A DNA stretch of 64,000 bases from Alphaproteobacteria bacterium (GTDB lineage: Bacteria > Pseudomonadota > Alphaproteobacteria > CALKHQ01): the NCBI GenBank assembly GCA_965227515.1, contig CBDDFZ010000001.1:1920001-1984000 (forward strand). Reading direction: 5' to 3'. This document shows, one piece after another, positions 1 to 9,391 of this stretch; the stretch's first letter is position 1, and the number at the start of each line of letters is the position of its first letter. The notes beneath the pieces are model-generated. The model saw nothing but the letters and a program-made list of their open reading frames with translations, did no database searches and was not told where the DNA came from. The position numbers and the translations under genes were made by a program.

Positions 1-102
1 CACCCGGCCGTGACACATGGTTGGAGCTTGATGTAACGCCTGGGCGGCGGCGATCAACCGTGCCGGCGCGTAAGGTCGCCATGCGTGGGGCGCATGGGGT
101 GG

Positions 103-696
103 CTATTGCTGCCGCTCGTAGACGATTTCCATCATCATGTAGGGCTCGTCCATGCCGGGCACATCGACGTAGAAGCGCGCGACGTCGCGGTCCGGCGATT
201 CCATGACGACCTCATAGGTCATCGGAACCGACTGGCCGGTCAGCGGGTCCAGGCTTTCGCCGACCAGGCGGATGACGCCGTCGTCATCCAAAGTGCCGTG
301 CATCACCGTCAGGCTGGTGCTCATGCTGTCGGTCCAGGTCGCCCACAGCTCGCCGGTGACGTTGTCGAAACCGTTGCGCGCGATGCCTTCGTACGGCATG
401 CCGAACATGCTCGACACCACCCGCTCTTCCATCACGCGGCCACCCAAGACCATGGTGCGTTCCGCGGTGCCGTGCTCGGTCTGCGATTCGCCGCCGGGGC
501 CCATCGTCCATGTCGCCGACATGTCCCACATGCCTGTGCGGTCGGCCAGCATCTGGTGTACCGGGCCGACCTCCATGGCCGCCTGCCAGGCCGCCATCAT
601 CTCTTCTTCCGACGGCATCTCCTGCGCTTGCGCGCCAAAACCCGTCGCCGCCACCAATACGACGCCCAGCGCCGTGGCCTTCACGCTCTTATGCAT
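103..696 (-). CDS. DUF1579-like secreted protein
   Basis: Signal peptide MHKSVKATALGVVLVAATGFGAQA; family-like segments GPVHQML, GFDNVTG, TWTDSMST; GGAGGA RBS upstream of the ATG at 696. Confidence 0.75.
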   Translation of the reverse strand: MHKSVKATALGVVLVAATGFGAQAQEMPSEEEMMAAWQAAMEVGPVHQMLADRTGMWDMSATWTMGPGGESQTEHGTAERTMVLGGRVMEERVVSSMFGMPYEGIARNGFDNVTGELWATWTDSMSTSLTVMHGTLDDDGVIRLVGESLDPLTGQSVPMTYEVVMESPDRDVARFYVDVPGMDEPYMMMEIVYERQQ

Positions 697-731
697 TCTC
701 AAAATCCTCCCCGGACCAAAGTCGGCAATTA

Positions 732-3275
732 TCAGAAACGGCGCAGCAAGCGCTCGATGTAGTCCAGTTCCTCCAGCGGACGGAACGCCTCGCCGGCGCG
801 GCGGCGCAGCTCTTCCAGAATCTCGCGGGCGCGCTTGATCTCGGCCTCGTCCGGCAGGTCGACGTCGCCGGTGTCGAGCCCGCGATCCTCGGGTGCGGCG
901 CGGCCCAGCGGATCACGCTGCGCCGGGCGCGGGCCCTGGCCCGGCTGCATCGGCATCATGTTCTGGCCGAACCGCATCATGCCCTGCTGCGCCATCATCT
1001 CGGCCATCTGCTGCATGCCTTCCTGCAGCTGGTCCAGCGCTTCTTGCTGGTAGCCCATGGCCTCGCCCGGCATGTCGAGGTCGAGCTCGATCTCGGCATC
1101 GCGCATCGCGCGCTCGGCCATGCCCAGATTGTCCGGAATCTCGCCGAAGGTGTCGCCGAACTCGCGCATCAACTCGCCCAGATCGCGACGCAGGTCGCCC
1201 TGGTCCTCGCCCAGCTCGCCGGGCTCGCGCGGCGGGGCCATACCCTCCGGATCTTCCGGGTCCAGGGGCATCGGGCGCACGCCGGGCAGGTGCTGGCTGG
1301 AACGATAGGTCTCGTCGAGCAGTTGCTGCTGCTCCTGAACCAGATCGTTCAGACTGTTCATCATCTCCATCTGTTCGGAGAACTGCTCGGGCATGGAGAA
1401 CGGCGCCGGCTGCATGTTCTCCATCATCTCCTGGAGCTGCGACAGCAGGTCCTGCGCCTGTTCGGTGGCGCCGCTTTCGCTCAATTCGCGAAGCTGCTCC
1501 AGCATTTCCATCAGTTCCTGGCTGGAGAACACGTCGTCCGGATTCTCCGGCATCATCAACTGAAGCTGCTCGTACTGCTCCGGCGTCATCAGCGGCATGT
1601 TCTCCGCCAATTCCTGCAGGTATTCCTGCATCGCCTCGCGCAGTTCCTCGATCAGCTCCTGGATCTCCTCTTCCGAGGCGCCGTTCTGCAGCGCTTCGGA
1701 GAGTTGCTGCTGCAGGTCGCGCAGCTCCTGCTCGGCCAGCGCCAGCCCGCCGTCCTCCAGGAACCGCGCGGTGTCCCACAACAGCTTCTGGGTGCTCTCG
1801 ATCACCGAGCCATCGGGATCGAACTCGGCCAGGTCCATCGGCCCGCCCGGCTCCATCCGGTCCCACGATAGGCGGGACCGCGCCATCTTCAGCGCCATGT
1901 AGACGGTGTAGTCGCCGGCGTACTCGTCGGTCTGCTCGGCGATGGCGTCCAGGTTCTCGGCCACCAGCATGCGCTCTTCCGGTGCGATCACCAGGATCTT
2001 GCGCTGCTCGATGATCGCGCGGGCCACCGGATGGGTGAATTCGCGCTCCGGCAGCACCATGGAGACGATCTCTGAATAGCCGGTGTTGCCCAGCGCATCG
2101 GTGGCATAGAGGCGCAACTGAACCGGCACGCCGGCCCAGACGTGGGAGGTCAGGTCGTGATAGCGGGTGGTCTCGATTTCGTCGGGCGCGCGCGAGGGCA
2201 GCGGGATCGGCAGGTCGATGCGCTCGGCCATCTCGGCCGGCAGGTCGAGGTTCTCGGCGTCGAGCGCGATCTGCAACCCGAACGCGACCAGGCCGTAGTC
2301 GTCGGTGGCCTGGGCCATGACCTTGAGCGCGTGGCGCTCGGTCTCGTCCGGCGCCTCGGCGAAGGTGACGGTGGGCGCCTGGTCGACCAGTGCCTCGATA
2401 TCCCATGTCGCCAGGGTCTCGGCGCCGTTGGACACCGTCAGGGTGCCTGATTCGGTCAGGGTGAATTCGGCCTTGTAGCTCGACTCGCCGATACGCTCGA
2501 ACGCGGCGCCGCCATCGCCGAACGATGCGGTCGGCGGAATGGTCACGCCATGCACCTGGGCCAGCACCTGGCTGTCCATCGGCGCGGAAATCGCGTCGGC
2601 ATCGGCGCTGTCGAAGTAGATCGGCGCCAGACGCGTGTACTGCGGCGGCGAGATCCAGATGTCGACCCGCAGCGGGACGGTGTTGACCTCCTCCACCACG
2701 GTGGGGGTCACGGCACGGGCGAACCGGTCGTTGGCGGTGGTGCCGCCGACCAGCACGGCGACGGCCAGCAGCAGCACGACGACGGCGCGCACGGCATACG
2801 GATCGCGGCGCGGGATGTCGGGCTTGGGCAGCGGCGTGCGCAGCTTGCCGAGGGCGGCCGCCGCACGGCGCCAGTGGTGCATCCACAAGGTGCGGCTGGC
2901 GACGCTGTCGCCGCCCAGTGCCGGCACGTCCTGCAAGGTGGTCAACGGGCGGTGCAGCGCCCCGCTCGCGGTCTCGAGCCGCCGCTTCGCCTCGTCGCGG
3001 CTTGGCCAGCGGAAGCGGCGCACGGCAAAGACAAGGCTCGCGGCCAGCGCGATGCCGAACACGATCAGGATCGCCACATGCAGCCAGTAGGGCAGCGAGG
3101 GCAGCACGTCCGCCAGCGCCAAAGCGGCGAACAAGCCGACCACCAGGGCGGCCGGCAGTATGGCGGGCCACAGCCGCTCCCACACCATCGACCATCTGGT
3201 CAGCGCGATGCGTGCGCGGACCCGCCATGGCGGGCGCTGGGTGTTGGCCAGTGCGATGACCGTGTGATCCTTCAT
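732..3275 (-). CDS. TIGR02302/DUF4175 family membrane-anchored coiled-coil protein
   Basis: 847 aa; WERLWP and TM helices, HRPLTTLQD, PPQYT, DDYGL, Q/E/M-rich coil, RDPLGR, ELDYIERLL end; downstream of lysA as is usual in alphaproteobacteria. Confidence 0.9.
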   Translation of the reverse strand: MKDHTVIALANTQRPPWRVRARIALTRWSMVWERLWPAILPAALVVGLFAALALADVLPSLPYWLHVAILIVFGIALAASLVFAVRRFRWPSRDEAKRRLETASGALHRPLTTLQDVPALGGDSVASRTLWMHHWRRAAAALGKLRTPLPKPDIPRRDPYAVRAVVVLLLAVAVLVGGTTANDRFARAVTPTVVEEVNTVPLRVDIWISPPQYTRLAPIYFDSADADAISAPMDSQVLAQVHGVTIPPTASFGDGGAAFERIGESSYKAEFTLTESGTLTVSNGAETLATWDIEALVDQAPTVTFAEAPDETERHALKVMAQATDDYGLVAFGLQIALDAENLDLPAEMAERIDLPIPLPSRAPDEIETTRYHDLTSHVWAGVPVQLRLYATDALGNTGYSEIVSMVLPEREFTHPVARAIIEQRKILVIAPEERMLVAENLDAIAEQTDEYAGDYTVYMALKMARSRLSWDRMEPGGPMDLAEFDPDGSVIESTQKLLWDTARFLEDGGLALAEQELRDLQQQLSEALQNGASEEEIQELIEELREAMQEYLQELAENMPLMTPEQYEQLQLMMPENPDDVFSSQELMEMLEQLRELSESGATEQAQDLLSQLQEMMENMQPAPFSMPEQFSEQMEMMNSLNDLVQEQQQLLDETYRSSQHLPGVRPMPLDPEDPEGMAPPREPGELGEDQGDLRRDLGELMREFGDTFGEIPDNLGMAERAMRDAEIELDLDMPGEAMGYQQEALDQLQEGMQQMAEMMAQQGMMRFGQNMMPMQPGQGPRPAQRDPLGRAAPEDRGLDTGDVDLPDEAEIKRAREILEELRRRAGEAFRPLEELDYIERLLRRF

Positions 3276-4609
3276 CCGGTCGCTCCGTGGCGATTTGGTT
3301 GATCCATCAGATTGGGCGCATCATGAGCGGAATCCAGCCATGACGGTACACACTCTTGCGCGATCAGGTCCTCGATCGTCTGGCGCGGCCGCACGACCGC
3401 GAAGTCGTCGCCGCTGACCAGCGCTTCGGCGGCCAGCGGGCGCGCGTTGTAGGTCGAGCTCATCACCGCGCCATAGGCACCGGCATCGCGGAACGCCACC
3501 AGGTCGCCGGCATCGAGCGGCGGCAGCGGCCTGTTCCGGGCGAAGGTGTCGCCGGACTCGCAGACCGGGCCGACCACGTCGACCGGCGCCAATGTCTCGT
3601 CGTTGGCGGCGGCGCGCACCGGCATGATCTCGTGGTGGGCATCGTAGAGCGACGGGCGCAGCAGGTCGTTCATCGCCGCGTCGAGCACGATGAACCGCCG
3701 CGCGGTGCCGGCCTTGTTGTAGATCACCCGGGCCAGCAGCACCCCGGCAGGGCCGACCAGCCAGCGCCCCGGCTCGATGGTGAGCTGGCAGCCGAGGCCG
3801 CCGACCGTATCCGCAATCGCGGCCGCATAGGCGTCGAGGTCCAGGCCCGCAGCGCCTTCGTCCGCCGTGTAGTCGATGCCGAACCCGCCGCCGAGGTCGA
3901 GATGGTCGATGGCATGGCCCTGGTCGCGCAGGGCTGTCGTCAGCGCGGCGACGCGGCGGAATGCCTCGACAAACGGCGCCACCGAGGCGATCTGCGAGCC
4001 GATATGGACCGCGAGCCCGGTCAGCTCGACGCCCGCGAGCGTGCGGGCATGCGCGAACAGGCCCGGCACTGCATCCACGTCGATGCCGAACTTGTTCTCC
4101 GCCTTGCCGGTGGTGATCTTGGCGTGGGTCTTGGCATCGACGTCGGGATTGACCCGCAGGGCGGCGGTCACCGTGGCGCCCTTGGCGGACGCGACCGCGT
4201 TCAGCACGTCCAGCTCAGGCACCGATTCCACGTTGAACTGGGCGATGCCGGCGTCGATGGCCTGTGCCATCTCGTCGGCGGTCTTGCCGACGCCGGAGAA
4301 CACGATCCGATCGGGCGATACGCCGGCCGCCAGCGCGCGCACGATCTCGCCCGCCGACACCACGTCGGCGCCGGCGCCGGCCCGGGCCAGCGTCGCGATC
4401 ACCGCCTGGTTGCCGTTGGCCTTGGTCGCATAACAGATCGACAGCGGCAGGGCGGCGCACGCCGTGGCCAGCCGCCGGTAGCGGGCCACCATGGCATCGC
4501 CATTGTAGACGTAGGTCGGCGTGCCGACGGCCTGGGCGATACGGTCCAGCGGCACCTGCCCGGCGCACAATACCCCGTTGCGATACGCGAATGCGGTCGT
4601 GTCGCTCAT
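3272..4609 (-). CDS. lysA: diaminopimelate decarboxylase
   Basis: YATKAN (PLP lysine), HIGSQI, DLGGG, EPGR, GPVCESGD, AGAYG motifs. Confidence 0.97.
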   Translation of the reverse strand: MSDTTAFAYRNGVLCAGQVPLDRIAQAVGTPTYVYNGDAMVARYRRLATACAALPLSICYATKANGNQAVIATLARAGAGADVVSAGEIVRALAAGVSPDRIVFSGVGKTADEMAQAIDAGIAQFNVESVPELDVLNAVASAKGATVTAALRVNPDVDAKTHAKITTGKAENKFGIDVDAVPGLFAHARTLAGVELTGLAVHIGSQIASVAPFVEAFRRVAALTTALRDQGHAIDHLDLGGGFGIDYTADEGAAGLDLDAYAAAIADTVGGLGCQLTIEPGRWLVGPAGVLLARVIYNKAGTARRFIVLDAAMNDLLRPSLYDAHHEIMPVRAAANDETLAPVDVVGPVCESGDTFARNRPLPPLDAGDLVAFRDAGAYGAVMSSTYNARPLAAEALVSGDDFAVVRPRQTIEDLIAQECVPSWLDSAHDAPNLMDQPNRHGATG

Positions 4610-4616
4610 GCCCCGG

Positions 4617-4754
4617 TCAGGCTCCGGTCGGGTATGTGCGGGGATAGGTCAGGTCTTCGTCCTCCGGCGGAATAGGATCGCCTCGCTTGCCGCAAGCGGC
4701 CAAGTTTGCCGCCACAACAACCAGCAGCAATACGGCGAAAATGCGCATGTCCAT
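4617..4754 (-). CDS. small lipoprotein, LptM/YifL-like (45 aa; not in ORF track)
   Basis: Manual translation MDMRIFAVLLLVVVAANLAACGKRGDPIPPEDEDLTYPRTYPTGA; lipobox LAAC then GKRG.P; directly upstream of lysA, same strand. Confidence 0.85.
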   Translation of the reverse strand: MDMRIFAVLLLVVVAANLAACGKRGDPIPPEDEDLTYPRTYPTGA

Positions 4755-4872
4755 GCTCCGGGCAAATTTCATCTGGCCGGATGCATGGCTTGTGCCTACG
4801 CCGGCGCCCGGCAGTATAGCATCATCCGCCGCGCCGTGCGTCGGGCGCGGCGACTGAGAAGTTCACGGATCC

Positions 4873-5394
4873 ATGACCCTGCAAATCGATGAATTGCCTA
4901 TTGCTGAAATGACGGCCGCTCACCTGGGGCCGGTGCTCGACCTGAACAACCGCCACCGGGTGGAGACCTCTCTGCTCGACCTGGCATCGCTGGAGGTCTT
5001 GGCGGCGGAGGCGTTCGTTGCCGCGGTGGCACCGGACAAGGCGGGCGGTATTGCTGCGTTCCTGATCGCGTTCGACCGGGCGGCGGACTACGACAGCGCC
5101 AACTTCCTCTGGTTCAAGGGCCGCTACGACCGGTTCTGCTATGTCGACCGGATCGTTGTCGATCCCGCCGCGCGAGGGCGGGGCCTGGCACGGGCGCTCT
5201 ACGACCGCCTGTTTGAGCGGGCGCGCGGTGCCGGCCATGCCGTTGTGGGCTGCGAGGTGAACACGCGGCCGGCCAACCCGGGGTCACAGGCGTTCCATAC
5301 CCGCATGGGCTTCCGCCCCGTCGGCACGGCCGAGCTGCCGGAGCGCGGCAAGGCGGTTGAGTATCTGGTGAAGGACTTGGTGTCGCCCGCGTGA
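4873..5394 (+). CDS. GNAT family N-acetyltransferase
   Basis: YVDRIVV, ARGRGLARALY acetyl-CoA motif, N...S..FH..MGF. Confidence 0.9.
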   Translation: MTLQIDELPIAEMTAAHLGPVLDLNNRHRVETSLLDLASLEVLAAEAFVAAVAPDKAGGIAAFLIAFDRAADYDSANFLWFKGRYDRFCYVDRIVVDPAARGRGLARALYDRLFERARGAGHAVVGCEVNTRPANPGSQAFHTRMGFRPVGTAELPERGKAVEYLVKDLVSPA

Positions 5395-5397
5395 CGC

Positions 5398-5823
5398 CTA
5401 CTCGGCATCGGGAAAGCGCTGGCGCATGTCGGCCACGGATTGGACCAGGATGTCCTCCAGGATCGCGGTGTCGATGTCGGCCAGTCGCTTGACGTAGATG
5501 CAGCCGCGCCCGTGGGTGCACTTGCCGAGCCGGTCGCGCAACGCCTCGAACCCATCGAACCAGGGCGACAGGTGGATCGAGATCGCCTGCTTGCGGTTGG
5601 CGAGGCCGACCAGGAACCAGTCGCCCTCCGAGCCGCCGCCGGTGCGGTAGTGATAGCGGCCGAAGCCGATGGTGCCGTTGCTCCACAGCTTGGGCGCGGC
5701 GCCGGTGACCCGCTGCATCAGGTCGGCCAGTGCCCGGCAATCGGCGCGCCGGGTGTCGTCGTCTATCGCGGCGATGTGCGCGGCGACATCGTCGTCGGTC
5801 TCGGCGGTCTTGATGGTGGCCAT
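5398..5823 (-). CDS. DUF1801 domain protein
   Basis: IGFGRYHY, RLGK...G.GCIYVKRLADID pattern. Confidence 0.85.
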   Translation of the reverse strand: MATIKTAETDDDVAAHIAAIDDDTRRADCRALADLMQRVTGAAPKLWSNGTIGFGRYHYRTGGGSEGDWFLVGLANRKQAISIHLSPWFDGFEALRDRLGKCTHGRGCIYVKRLADIDTAILEDILVQSVADMRQRFPDAE

Positions 5824-5833
5824 GCCACCGATG

Positions 5834-6745
5834 CTACTGCACCGGTGCCGCTGGTGTCAGCGAATAGAAGCGCATCGGCGGGGTCTCGATCGGCACGCCG
5901 GCCGGCGAGACGGCGCCCTGCCGGCCCACTGGCGCCGGCATGTTGGCGGCAGGCTGGCCGTAGGGTCGAACCGGCGCGCTGCCCTGGAGCGCGGTCAGCC
6001 CGCCGAACAGCGGCGAGGGGGCGATCTGCGGGCGCGGCTCGACCGGGGCCACCGGTGCGGCCATCGCCATCGACGCTGTCCCGTCGGCGCCCCCGCCATA
6101 ATTGCCGTTCCAGGCCTCCATCACCTTGGTGCGGTAGTAGGCCTGCCGGTGCGGCGTCGACGAATGATAAAATCCGACCGCGACGTTCCAGGTGCCGTGG
6201 GTCGCGGCCAGCTCGGCCAGGTAGCGCGCGGCATAGTCGGCATTGGTCTCGGGGTCGAAACCCTCGGCCAGCGACGCGAACGCATTCGGGTGCCATTTCA
6301 GGTTGATCTGCATGCAGCCGATATCGATGCTTTCCATGCCCGAGGCCTGGAACGACTGCACCTGGGCGATCGCCTCGGCGGCGTTGTTGAAATGCATGCC
6401 GGTGCCCTCGGCATTGATGGCATAGGGCCAGGCAACAATTGCCGACCCGTCCGCGTTGCCGCGGCCGGTCTCCACCTTCGAGATCGCGGCCAGCAATCCG
6501 GTGGGAATGCCGTGGCGAATCTCCGCCCGCGCGGCGGCTGCCTCGCACACGCCTTCGATCGGCCCGGACCCGTCGAAACCCAGGTCTTCCGCGGGCGCCA
6601 GTGACACCGCGACATATCCAGCGATGCCGCCGGCGGCGGCGCTGGCCGGGGGAGACGTGGTATCCGCCGCTGCCGTCGCAACGCTGGCGGCAAGGGCGGT
6701 CAGTACCGACAGGCACCGGATGGGGGACGTGATCATGCCCGGCAT
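5834..6745 (-). CDS. lytic transglycosylase (SLT domain) protein
   Basis: LLAAISKVETGR (catalytic Glu), SIDIGCMQIN, AVGFYHS; start uncertain (6745 or 6736). Confidence 0.85.
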   Translation of the reverse strand: MPGMITSPIRCLSVLTALAASVATAAADTTSPPASAAAGGIAGYVAVSLAPAEDLGFDGSGPIEGVCEAAAARAEIRHGIPTGLLAAISKVETGRGNADGSAIVAWPYAINAEGTGMHFNNAAEAIAQVQSFQASGMESIDIGCMQINLKWHPNAFASLAEGFDPETNADYAARYLAELAATHGTWNVAVGFYHSSTPHRQAYYRTKVMEAWNGNYGGGADGTASMAMAAPVAPVEPRPQIAPSPLFGGLTALQGSAPVRPYGQPAANMPAPVGRQGAVSPAGVPIETPPMRFYSLTPAAPVQ

Positions 6746-7021
6746 GGTGCAAGGGCTGGGCCAGATCGCAGGCGCGCGCCAATCGCATTGTCCCAGGCCA
6801 AAGGCGTTGTCCCGGAACGGCACGATGCGTGCATGGACTCCGGCATCGTTCCATGGCGAAACACCGCCCGATGACTGCGCCGTGCCGGCCCGGCTTGTGG
6901 TATTAATGCCACAAGCGGTCCGATCACGATTGTGCGACGCAATATGTTTCTGGCGCGGATCACATTGGAATGCGAAAAAACCCTGCAATTTCAATAGATT
7001 GAAAATTTTACAATTTTCGCC

Positions 7022-7055
7022 TTGCACCATGGCGCATCTGAAATCATATTGTGCA
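7022..7055 (+). promoter_or_regulatory. sigma70-type promoter of the MmgR sRNA with overlapping TTGTGCA heptamer
   Basis: TTGCAC (7022-7027), 17 bp spacer, CATATT (7045-7050); TTGTGCA at 7049-7055; AT-rich tract upstream. Confidence 0.65.
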
Positions 7056-7056
7056 T

Positions 7057-7156
7057 TGCGGCATGGCCGGCGCTGCCGGATGCCCAACCTGCCGCGATCT
7101 TCCTTTTGGGCGTTTCCTCCCTAAACTCGGGCCGCTTCATGCGGCCCCTTTTTTTT
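7057..7156 (+). ncRNA. mmgR: MmgR / alpha-r8 (suhB motif) small RNA
   Basis: TCCTTTTGGGCGTTTCCTCCCTAAACT with core TTTCCTCCCT (7113-7122), then intrinsic terminator; convergent with an N-formylglutamate amidohydrolase gene, the known synteny; 5' end inferred from the promoter. Confidence 0.85.
7129..7156 (+). terminator. intrinsic terminator of the sRNA
   Basis: GGGCCGC-TTCAT-GCGGCCC stem-loop followed by C and T8. Confidence 0.9.
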
Positions 7157-7259
7157 GTGCATTTCTCGGCTGCCGAATAGGCATCGCCAGCGCTCCGGAC
7201 GGCGCCTTCACATTAAACGTTGGTCATGCAGCGGGGCGCCGGTAGACGCCTTGGTTCGC

Positions 7260-7369
7260 GATCAGCTTAGGCTGAATTTGCACCGGCCCTCGCCCCCACC
7301 CGGCCACCCCGCAGGACACTATCGTGGGTGGCCGGGTGGGGGTGAGGGCCGGTGCCGACTGAATCGATC
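7260..7369. repeat. intergenic palindromic repeat family A, copy 1
   Basis: About 30-bp stem GCACCGGCCCTCGCCCCCACCCGGCCACCC and its complement; related copies at 25789-25900 and 45634-45740. Confidence 0.85.
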
Positions 7370-7374
7370 AAGCC

Positions 7375-8283
7375 CTAGTTTCGCGCTAGCAGATCGCGGC
7401 GGCTGCGCAGCAGGGTCTCGCCCAGGCGCTCCATGAAACGGGTCATGGCACGGTGGTGAGTCTTCAGGCTGCGGTTCGGCTGGATGCGCGCCTCGTCCAT
7501 ATAGATCGCACGATTCAGTTCCAGTTGCAGGGTATGCACGCCGCTGCCCGGATTGCCGTAGTGGCGCGTGGTGTAGCCGCCGGCATAGGGCACGTTGCGC
7601 ACCACCCGATAGCCGAGCTGGGTGAACGCGGTCTCGGCCTCGTTGACCACCACGCTGGCACACGAGGTGCCGTGCAGGTCGCCGAGCACGATGTCCACTG
7701 CTCCATTGCCACGACCGATGCGCCGCGCCGGCGCCATGCTGTTGGACGGCATGGAGTGGCAGTCCAGCAGTACGCAGAAGCCGAAGCGGTCGACGGTCTG
7801 GTCGACCAGCCGGCGGAGTGCCGCGTGATACGGGCGATAGAAGGTCTCGATCCGGCTCACCGCCTCGGTGAACTGGAGGCGCCCGCGATAGATCTGTTGT
7901 CCGTTGGCCACGGTCCGCGCGATGGTGCCGAGCCCGGCCGCGACCCTGGGCGAACGTGCGTTGACGTACACCGGCAGCTCGTCCTCGAACATCTCCGGGT
8001 CGAGTTCGAACGGCTCGCGATTGGCATCGACATAGGCGCGGGCGAACAGCGCATGCACCAGCGGTGCGCCCAGGCTGGGTGCCGCCGCGAAAAGCTCGTC
8101 GACGAAACTGTCCTCCGACCGGCGCAGGTTCAGCGAGTCCAGGCGCGACGACGCCAGGAAATCCGCCGGATACCACTGTCCGCTGTGCGGCGACGCCAGC
8201 ACCATCGGCAGGGTCTGTCGCGCGGGTGACAACACCTCGAACGGGGCCGGGGGAGCAGACAGGTCGGATCGCGCAATATTCAT
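7375..8283 (-). CDS. N-formylglutamate amidohydrolase
   Basis: SPHSG, RAYVDANRE, YRPYH, LDCHSMPS, RNVPYAGG, LQLELNRAIYMDE. Confidence 0.93.
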   Translation of the reverse strand: MNIARSDLSAPPAPFEVLSPARQTLPMVLASPHSGQWYPADFLASSRLDSLNLRRSEDSFVDELFAAAPSLGAPLVHALFARAYVDANREPFELDPEMFEDELPVYVNARSPRVAAGLGTIARTVANGQQIYRGRLQFTEAVSRIETFYRPYHAALRRLVDQTVDRFGFCVLLDCHSMPSNSMAPARRIGRGNGAVDIVLGDLHGTSCASVVVNEAETAFTQLGYRVVRNVPYAGGYTTRHYGNPGSGVHTLQLELNRAIYMDEARIQPNRSLKTHHRAMTRFMERLGETLLRSRRDLLARN

Positions 8284-8490
8284 CGCTCACTGTTGTAGAT
8301 TTGCCGCGCGGCAAACTCAACCGATCCGGTGCGCACCACGCAGGTTTGATGGGTATTGGCGACCAAGGTGAGGAATCATTGCAGTCGACCCGTGGAATCG
8401 GCGATGTAGGGGGCGGGGAAGGCGGCCGGCCGATCAGCGGAATGTTAACCAAGTGCCGGCAAAGTGGCCCGCCTCAGTGGGGTGAACTGC

Positions 8491-8850
8491 ATGTCTCATA
8501 TTCTTCTGGCCGAGGACGACGACGGACTCCGGCGTTTCCTGGCCAAGGCGCTCAGCAAGGCCGGTCACTACGTGGCGACGGCCGAGAACGGCATGGTCGC
8601 GCGCGAAATGCTGAAGCGCGAGGTCTTCGACCTTCTGATCACCGATATCGTGATGCCCGAGATGGACGGCATTCAGCTCGCCAGGCTGGCGACGCGGGAG
8701 CGTCCGGCCCTGCGCGTGCTGTTCATCACCGGCTTCGCGGCGGTCGCGTTGCAGGACCGCCCGCCGGAACTCTCCGACGCGTCCGCGCTGTCGAAGCCGT
8801 TCCACCTGCGCGACCTGGTGCGCCAGGTCGACCTGATCATGGCGGCCTGA
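8491..8850 (+). CDS. cpdR: single-domain response regulator CpdR (ClpXP adaptor)
   Basis: ILLAEDD, LITDIVMPEMDG, FITGFAAVAL, LSKPFHLRDLV..V..IMAA closely follow CpdR; TTAACC half-site at 8445-8450. Confidence 0.88.
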   Translation: MSHILLAEDDDGLRRFLAKALSKAGHYVATAENGMVAREMLKREVFDLLITDIVMPEMDGIQLARLATRERPALRVLFITGFAAVALQDRPPELSDASALSKPFHLRDLVRQVDLIMAA

Positions 8851-8912
8851 CCGACAACGGGGTCGCGCGCCGCCCCGTCGCCGTCGCCGTCGCCGTCCGG
8901 CAAGCCACTGGC

Positions 8913-8941
8913 TTGTCAGCGCCGCGCCAAGGCGTTATATG
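8913..8941 (+). promoter_or_regulatory. putative sigma70 promoter of tRNA-Val
   Basis: TTGTCA (8913-8918), 16-17 bp spacer, TTATATG (8935-8941), about 25 nt before the tRNA. Confidence 0.55.
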
Positions 8942-8965
8942 CCTCCTCTTCCCGAAGCCTGGAAC

Positions 8966-9040
8966 GGGCGGTTAGCTCAGCGGGAGAGCGCCGCGTTGAC
9001 ATCGCGGAGGCCACTGGTTCAATCCCAGTACCGCCCACCA
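8966..9040 (+). tRNA. tRNA-Val (GAC)
   Basis: Acceptor GGGCGG/CCGCCC-ACCA, D-arm GCTC/GAGC, anticodon stem CCGCG/CGCGG with loop TTGACAT, T-loop TTCAATC, encoded CCA. Confidence 0.97.
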
Positions 9041-9044
9041 CGCT

Positions 9045-9256
9045 TCGCCCTTACGGGCTACGCGTGGCGCAGCCACGCTGAGACCGTTAGAGCGAAGCAG
9101 TGCCCGGCGAAGCCCAACAGGCGAAGACGGGCCGCCGTTACTTCTTGCAAGCTCTTGGTAATATGGTCGCCCTTACTGGCTACGCGTGGCGCAGCCACGC
9201 TGAGACCGTTAGAGCGAAGCAGTGCCCGGCGAAGCCCAACGGGCGAAGACGGGCCG
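9045..9256 (+). repeat. 90-bp direct repeat x2 with 32-bp spacer downstream of the tRNA
   Basis: 9045-9134 and 9167-9256 differ at 2 positions. Confidence 0.92.
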
Positions 9257-9391
9257 TCTTCCGGCGCCGCCATGGGCGCGCCCGGTATCGGTTCGCGTGC
9301 AATTAACGATGAATTATCGCGCAAACAGTAAGTTTGCGGATCGGCCGCCCGCAGGAGCGGGCCATGAAACGCACGCGATAGGTAAGCGCTG

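Noticed and set aside
510-3302. Long overlapping ORFs (e.g. 913-3228, 510-1871) and similar ones across the window
   Set aside because: Stop-poor alternative frames typical of high-GC DNA; Arg/Pro/Gly-rich with no motifs and overlapping well-supported genes
5834-7087. 417-aa version of the SLT protein
   Set aside because: The upstream extension crosses the AT-rich promoter region of the sRNA; a signal-peptide-like start lies at 6745/6736
8875-8898. (CCGTCG)n hexamer run
   Set aside because: About four units, intergenic and GC-rich; too short to argue phase variation
9045-9256. CRISPR array interpretation of repeat-spacer-repeat
   Set aside because: Repeats are 90 bp, only two copies, and no cas genes in the window
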